From Caldisericia bacterium (GTDB lineage Bacteria > Caldisericota > Caldisericia > JAAYUI01): a stretch of DNA of 64,000 bases. The position numbers were made by a program, and so were the translations under genes. The notes beneath the pieces are model-generated. The model searched no databases. It was given only the letters and a program-made list of their open reading frames with translations, and was not told the DNA's origin. Position 1 is the stretch's first letter. Every line of letters begins with the position of its first letter. The stretch is taken from contig JAGOOK010000002.1 of assembly GCA_017992555.1 (NCBI GenBank), positions 21,180 through 85,179 of the forward strand. Reading direction: 5' to 3'. Positions 59,026-64,000 of the stretch are shown here, in pieces.

Positions 59026-59058
59026 AAAAAAAGACGCCCCCTTTGGGGCGTCTTTTGC
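59026..59058 (-). terminator. bidirectional rho-independent terminator (serves the minus-strand PQQ-repeat gene)
   Basis: The stem GACGCCCC-ctttg-GGGGCGTC has a 5' A-run and a 3' TTTT. Confidence 0.8.
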
Positions 59059-59082
59059 TTGATTATTTTGAAGGGTTTTTGA

Positions 59083-60270
59083 TTACCAGACTTTCGCACC
59101 AGTGGAAGCTTTGAGACAAATTGTCTCCTGACCTACAGTGGCAGTGCTTCTTGATGTCACTACAACGTAGTCATTGGTGGTGGCTGGCCTGCAGGACGTT
59201 ATGCCGCCAACGCTTGTTTTCCAGACTTCTTTGAGATTCTGGTCAAGACAGTAAATGATGCCGTTATCAGTTCCAAAGACAATGTTCGAGCCCTGGACAG
59301 CAGATGGCGAGCTATTTACGTAATCATCAGTCTTGAAGTATTCGAGTTTGGCGCCTGTTGAAGCATCCAGGCAGTACATTCCGTTACCTTTGTCGCTTAC
59401 AGCCTGCGCACCAATAAAGACTCTTCCATTAATGACCAGTGGTGTTGATTTGCACCATCTGACATTGTTGTCGTAGAAGCTCCATACCTTTGTGCCTGAG
59501 AGAGCGTCAACCTTATATACACAACCATCGAGGGAGCCAAAATATAGATAGTAATTGTCGCCTTCCTTGACAAGGTTTGTGTCACATTCAATTGGCCCAC
59601 CGTCATTGTATGGGTTTGCTGGATTGGGCCCCTTTCCGTCGGTCTCAAAAAAGGCGTTTTTCCATATTTTGGCGTTTTTGCCAGTTGCAAAGGTTATAGG
59701 ATAAACTTTTCCTCTAATTGATCCTGCAAGCACAACATCTATTTTGTCAGTTTTAAGCCTTGCCGGTGTTCCATAAATCCATCCCTCGCCATCTTTCCAT
59801 TCCCAGACAAGTTTTCCATTCATATCAAAAGACATGATTGTGCCCTTACCAGAGTTGAAGCCGGTGGTACCCAAAATTATTCCGTCATCAAAAACCATAG
59901 GTCTGCTGTAATGAGCCTTCTCGACCTTGGCTTTCCAGACTTCCTTGCCAGTTGCAAGCTCCAGGCAAACCAGGAACCTGTATGGAGCTTCTGCCAGTGT
60001 TAAAACCTGGTAGACTTTGTCTCCGTGTATGGTTGGTGAGGTGTAAACCCTGTCAACCGTCTGGTAGGGTTGTGGCCATGCTGGACTTTTATCGCTAAGC
60101 TTGAATGCCATTATTCCTGTTTCGCCCTTTACACCAACAACGATGTCTCCTGAAATGGCAGGGTTTGTTGACTGCCAGAAGCCACCAGCATCAGTGAAAT
60201 TGCCTGTTGGAACGATAGTTAGCGCTGTGAGCGCAATGATCGCAATTATAAGGGAAGCGGTCTTTTTCAT
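59083..60270 (-). CDS. secreted PQQ-repeat beta-propeller protein
   Basis: A signal peptide and repeated KVW/EVWK blade motifs are present. Confidence 0.5.
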   Translation of the reverse strand: MKKTASLIIAIIALTALTIVPTGNFTDAGGFWQSTNPAISGDIVVGVKGETGIMAFKLSDKSPAWPQPYQTVDRVYTSPTIHGDKVYQVLTLAEAPYRFLVCLELATGKEVWKAKVEKAHYSRPMVFDDGIILGTTGFNSGKGTIMSFDMNGKLVWEWKDGEGWIYGTPARLKTDKIDVVLAGSIRGKVYPITFATGKNAKIWKNAFFETDGKGPNPANPYNDGGPIECDTNLVKEGDNYYLYFGSLDGCVYKVDALSGTKVWSFYDNNVRWCKSTPLVINGRVFIGAQAVSDKGNGMYCLDASTGAKLEYFKTDDYVNSSPSAVQGSNIVFGTDNGIIYCLDQNLKEVWKTSVGGITSCRPATTNDYVVVTSRSTATVGQETICLKASTGAKVW

Positions 60271-60481
60271 TTACAATGCCTCCAATTTGGACTTTTAACG
60301 ATTTTAAGGGTGAAAATTGTCACGTCAACTTGACCAGCGTAAATTCAAGGGAAAGCTAAAGATTTATGTAAAGTTTTTTACTTTTGATTTTGGACATTTT
60401 TCTGCTAATAGGCTTGGTTTAAGATTGTTTTTCGACACTCTGCCTTGAGTTTTTGACCCATATTTGGCAAAATGCAAAACC

Positions 60482-61861
60482 ATGAGTACTCTTTCGGGTT
60501 ATAAAGGTAAAGCGTTGTCTGTCCTCACCTCTTTTAACGCAAGAGTTTGGGCGGACGTTGAAATTGAGACCGATAAAGGCAACTTTAGAGGCATCATCTT
60601 GCCAAGATCGGAACAAGCCGACGACCTGCACGTTGTCGTCAAACTCCAGACCGGCTACAACATCGGCCTCGCGGTTGATGGCATAAAAGCGGTCAAGGAG
60701 ATTGGCTATAAGGAAGCCAAATACAAAATCCCGGAACAGGAATTCCCGTTTGACCCAAAAAAGCCAAACGTGACGCTACTTGGGACTGGCGGAACAATTG
60801 CATCCAGGCTTGATTACAGAACTGGTGCCGTTATCCCGGCTTTCACACCTGGCGAGCTTTATGGTGCAGTTCCCGAGCTTGCCGACATCTGCAACATGAA
60901 GACAGTAAAGCTCTTTGGTGTGTTCTCGGAGAATATGGGTCCAGAGCAGTACATAACACTTGCCGAGGCAATTGGCAGAGAAATATCAAACGGGGCTGAT
61001 GGGATTGTCATTGGCCACGGAACAGACACAATGCACCATACAGCGGCTTGCCTTTCATTCATGGTGCAAGACTCCCCGGTTCCGATTGTAATGGTCGGTT
61101 CGCAGAGATCATCTGACAGACCCTCATCTGATGCGGCATTTAACCTAAGGTGTGCAAGCCATGCGGCATCCCGCGGCCCTATTGCCGAGGTGATGGTCTG
61201 CATGTTTGGCCCAACCTCTGACTCATACAACCTCCTCCACAGGGGCACAAGGGTGCGCAAGATGCACAGTTCCTACCGCTCAACTTTCAGAACAGTGTCC
61301 GATATTCCGCTTGCAATGTGCACGCCAGACAGCGTGACCCCGCTCAAAAAGGAATACAAGAGAAGAAGGTCAGACCGCAACGTCAAAGTGGACGCAGTTT
61401 TCGATGACAAAGTGGCGATTGTTTATTACTATCCGGCAATGAAGCCCGACATCATCGATTCCCTTGTTGAAAATGGCTACCACGGCATAGTTATTGCCGG
61501 AACAGGTCTTGGCCATGTCAATAAACCGCTTTATGAGCCGCTCAGAAGGGCCGTTCAAGCCGGTGTGCATGTCTTCATGACCGTACAGACACTTTGGGGT
61601 TTTGCACAGATGTACGTTTATGACACCGGCAGGGACCTCATGGAGCTTGGCGTAATTCCGGCCGCCAACATGCTTCCAGAAGTTGCGTATATCAAACTCG
61701 GCTGGACACTTGGCCACACAAGGGACAGGGATGAGGTCATGAAAATGATGCTCACCCCAATAAATGGTGAAATCACAGAACGTGAGCCGCATGACGGTTA
61801 TCTCATTTTCCAGGGTGGACTGCCGGAAATTGAAGACTTCTTGGGCAAATATATCAGATAG
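60482..61861 (+). CDS. L-asparaginase type I family protein with GatD-like N-terminal domain (Glu-tRNA(Gln) amidotransferase subunit D-like)
   Basis: Asparaginase signatures LLGTGGTIAS and GIVIGHGTDTM are preceded by a ~90-aa N-terminal domain resembling archaeal GatD. The track ORF starts at TTG 60464. Confidence 0.6.
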   Translation: MSTLSGYKGKALSVLTSFNARVWADVEIETDKGNFRGIILPRSEQADDLHVVVKLQTGYNIGLAVDGIKAVKEIGYKEAKYKIPEQEFPFDPKKPNVTLLGTGGTIASRLDYRTGAVIPAFTPGELYGAVPELADICNMKTVKLFGVFSENMGPEQYITLAEAIGREISNGADGIVIGHGTDTMHHTAACLSFMVQDSPVPIVMVGSQRSSDRPSSDAAFNLRCASHAASRGPIAEVMVCMFGPTSDSYNLLHRGTRVRKMHSSYRSTFRTVSDIPLAMCTPDSVTPLKKEYKRRRSDRNVKVDAVFDDKVAIVYYYPAMKPDIIDSLVENGYHGIVIAGTGLGHVNKPLYEPLRRAVQAGVHVFMTVQTLWGFAQMYVYDTGRDLMELGVIPAANMLPEVAYIKLGWTLGHTRDRDEVMKMMLTPINGEITEREPHDGYLIFQGGLPEIEDFLGKYIR

Positions 61862-61876
61862 CGCAAAAAAGCAATT

Positions 61877-61925
61877 TATATCTCCTTATATGCTGATTTA
61901 TATCATATAAGGAGATATAAATTAT
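61877..61925. repeat. 18-bp perfect AT-rich palindrome TTTATATCTCCTTATATG...CATATAAGGAGATATAAA
   Basis: It lies immediately downstream of the gatD-like stop, within a 280-bp AT-rich spacer. Confidence 0.6.
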
Positions 61926-62143
61926 CTTAGGCAATTTATTTCGTCTAATAATCACTTATAAGTATATTTTATAATTAATGATATTGTTAGAGAGCTTATA
62001 TCCACTATTAGAATGAATAGTAAATATTTATAGCTAATAAGATACTATTATCCACTTTTCATTTGATTAGAGATGTAATATTCCTAATTTAGTATAATCA
62101 GGTTTTCGATGATTTTTTAACATTTTTTCTTATAATCACCCTC

Positions 62144-63382
62144 GTGAAAAGGATTCTTGTTTTTTTGATTTGTGGATTGATAGTGTTGACTGTGTCGGCA
62201 AACTCTGGCATTTGCATTGCTCCTCCGGTTTCAAAAAAAGACATCGCAAAACCAGTCCCCAAAGAGACCCAGAAGAAAATCTGGAAACTGGGCGACAGGA
62301 TTGTTCCTGGCCCCATCCCGCCATCACTTGGAGCACCGGAGCCAGCGCTGGACATCTGGCGCGGAGAGGTTTTTGGCAGGGAAGCCGGTCTTTCGCTCCA
62401 GCTCGATGTCATAAAGCCAAAAGCCTGCAGGGGCCAGACAGTCCCGATTGCGGTTTATTTCCATGGCGGTGGATGGCGGAGTGGCAACAGGTATGGAATC
62501 TACAATACAATAAGAGTCGAACGCAAACTCCTGTACCAGATGGGTTTTGCAATAGCAAGCGTCGACTACAGGCTCTCCCAGCAGGCAAAGCACCCGGCGC
62601 AGATCAATGACTGCAAGCTTGCGATCCGCTATCTTCGCAAAAATGCAAAGAAATTCGGCATTGATCCGAACCGGATTGGTGTCTGGGGCCATTCTGCAGG
62701 CGGCCACCTGGTTGCTTTCCTTGGAACGGCCAACGAAAAAGACGGGCTTGAGGGCCCAGGCCTCCCAGGAATCTCAAGCAAACCCCAATGTGTTGTAGAA
62801 CTGTATGGCCCGACCGACCTCACCCAGCCAGTGGGCGAAAATGGCTGGAGGGGCATAACCGAGGAACTGCTTGGGTGCAAGCCCAAGGTTTGCCTGGAAA
62901 AGGCCATCAATGCGTCGCCTGTCACCTATGCCGATAAAGATGACCCGCCAGAGCTGATAATCCACGGCGAAAATGACTCGGCAATCCTGTATCTTCAGGG
63001 TGAGTTGTTCGCAAGAAAATTGAAACAGGTTGGTGTCACATGCGCGCTGATAAAGGTCAAGAACGCGGAGCACCAGTTCACGCCGTACCCTGGCTATCTG
63101 AAAATCAGTCCTCCGCTGGCGAGGATCCGCTGGGTGATTGCCGCGCAGTTCTTCCGCTATCTGGAACCGGCGCTAAAGGGTGACCTGGATGTCGATGGAA
63201 GGGTCAACCTGAGGGACTTTGTCCTGATGTGCAAACAGAGCGGCTCTGTGGGCGCCGGAATGGACGGTTCGCCCGGGCCGGAGTGGTGGAACCCGATGGC
63301 CGATTTGAATTCAGACGGGCTGATTGATTTGAAAGATATGACGCTACTGCTGGGGATTGCTCTGCATACATCTGTAAAATAA
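62144..63382 (+). CDS. secreted alpha/beta-hydrolase esterase/lipase with C-terminal dockerin-like domain
   Basis: A signal peptide, the oxyanion motif HGGGW and the nucleophile elbow GHSAGG are present. The C-terminus carries two Ca-binding loop repeats, [10 protein letters not shown] and [12 protein letters not shown]. Confidence 0.7.
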   Translation: MKRILVFLICGLIVLTVSANSGICIAPPVSKKDIAKPVPKETQKKIWKLGDRIVPGPIPPSLGAPEPALDIWRGEVFGREAGLSLQLDVIKPKACRGQTVPIAVYFHGGGWRSGNRYGIYNTIRVERKLLYQMGFAIASVDYRLSQQAKHPAQINDCKLAIRYLRKNAKKFGIDPNRIGVWGHSAGGHLVAFLGTANEKDGLEGPGLPGISSKPQCVVELYGPTDLTQPVGENGWRGITEELLGCKPKVCLEKAINASPVTYADKDDPPELIIHGENDSAILYLQGELFARKLKQVGVTCALIKVKNAEHQFTPYPGYLKISPPLARIRWVIAAQFFRYLEPALKGDLDVDGRVNLRDFVLMCKQSGSVGAGMDGSPGPEWWNPMADLNSDGLIDLKDMTLLLGIALHTSVK

Positions 63383-63529
63383 TTCTGGAAAACCTACAAA
63401 AAAACCTAGAATATTCTTTTTTTATGAACCCTATATTTTTATTGTAATGCATTTTGATGGTATTGGGAAGAAGAGGAAAAACTTCTATTGCAGGTGAATA
63501 TCATCCGCAGGCGGTTTAGAATTGCCAAA

Positions 63530-63562
63530 AATAAAGGCCGTCAAAAAACGGCGGCCTTTTCA
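63530..63562 (-). terminator. GC hairpin terminator (bidirectional-type) downstream of the fasciclin gene
   Basis: AAAGGCCG-tcaaaaaa-CGGCGGCCTTTT; on the minus strand it is followed by TTTATTTTT. Confidence 0.6.
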
Positions 63563-63601
63563 AAAAGATGCACATGCACAAACTTAAAGCAAAAACTAAA
63601 A

Positions 63602-64000
63602 CTATTTGGGCATGATCACCGTGTCAATGGCGTGGATCAAACCGTTGTCGCTGGCAATGTCTGCCTTGACAACATGCGCGTCATTGACCTTTACCCCATC
63701 TTTTGTGTGGATGTGGATGTTTTGTCCTTCAACAGTTTTGAGCGTCTCAACCTTCGCAATTTCGTGTGAATCATGTTTTCCAGAGACAACATGATAGGTC
63801 AATATTTTCTTAAGTTGCGTTGGATCTTTCAGAAGGCTCTCAACTGTGCCTTTCGGCAATTTTGCAAATGCCTCGTCGGTTGGAGCAAAAACTGTGAATG
63901 GCCCCGGGCCTGCAAGCGTATTGTCTAAACCTGCCGTTTTCACTGCCTCAACGAGTGTCTTGAAATTCCCTGCCTTTGTTGCTGTTTCTATTATGTTAGA
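63602..64000 (-). CDS. fasciclin (FAS1) domain protein, partial (N-terminus beyond window)
   Basis: The FAS1 motifs [11 protein letters not shown] and [13 protein letters not shown] are present, and the frame stays open to the window edge. Confidence 0.75.
   Translation of the reverse strand, partial: SNIIETATKAGNFKTLVEAVKTAGLDNTLAGPGPFTVFAPTDEAFAKLPKGTVESLLKDPTQLKKILTYHVVSGKHDSHEIAKVETLKTVEGQNIHIHTKDGVKVNDAHVVKADIASDNGLIHAIDTVIMPK

Noticed and set aside
63484-63496. CTTCTATTGCAGGTG match to the paralog-array promoter-like element, taken as evidence of a shared regulon
   Set aside because: It is only a 12-nt identity in an AT-biased genome and could be chance. It is mentioned in a finding but not annotated as a feature.
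1-64000. CRISPR arrays, tRNA and rRNA genes
   Set aside because: There are no regularly spaced direct repeats with unique spacers. No cloverleaf-compatible segments with GTTCGA-type T-loops were seen in intergenic regions, and no rRNA-like conserved blocks were found.

Overview
This 64 kb window is a gene-dense bacterial chromosomal segment of about 65 genes, with no rRNA or tRNA genes and no CRISPR array. The lineage is bacterial and probably Firmicutes-like, judging from the greA–lysS and valS–folC arrangements, murI, an OmpR-type two-component pair, lipoboxes, GGAGG ribosome-binding sites, and proteins carrying dockerin and copper-amine-oxidase-N-terminal-like domains.

Housekeeping content includes a partial histidine kinase with its OmpR-family regulator, lysS, greA, valS–folC, murI and a dCMP deaminase. 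Other readily assigned genes are Ca2+ and Mg2+ (MgtA-like) P-type ATPases, a CBS-pair chloride-channel-like protein, an MthK-like K+ channel translationally coupled to an SPFH/zinc-ribbon gene, arsenite methyltransferase ArsM, VOC/GNAT/flavodoxin stress genes, and many secreted repeat proteins.

The most unusual region, and the best candidate for an undescribed system, is a compact RiPP-like module at 27.5–29.1 kb. A 62-aa Cys-containing precursor ORF with a strong ribosome-binding site is followed by an intrinsic attenuator hairpin and then a radical-SAM/SPASM enzyme with an N-terminal RRE-like extension.

A second candidate is an AT-rich ~3.4 kb island (22.7–26.1 kb) carrying a 384-aa membrane protein and four tandem paralogous ~140-aa three-TM proteins bracketed by a conserved hairpin repeat and promoter-like 22-mers. 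Other oddities include an archaeal-type GatD-like asparaginase in bacterial context, a frameshifted TM2-domain paralog, an 18-bp perfect AT-rich palindrome, a dockerin-tagged esterase, and an M1-peptidase-like protein lacking the HEXXH motif. No database searches were possible, so family assignments rest on motifs I could read directly.
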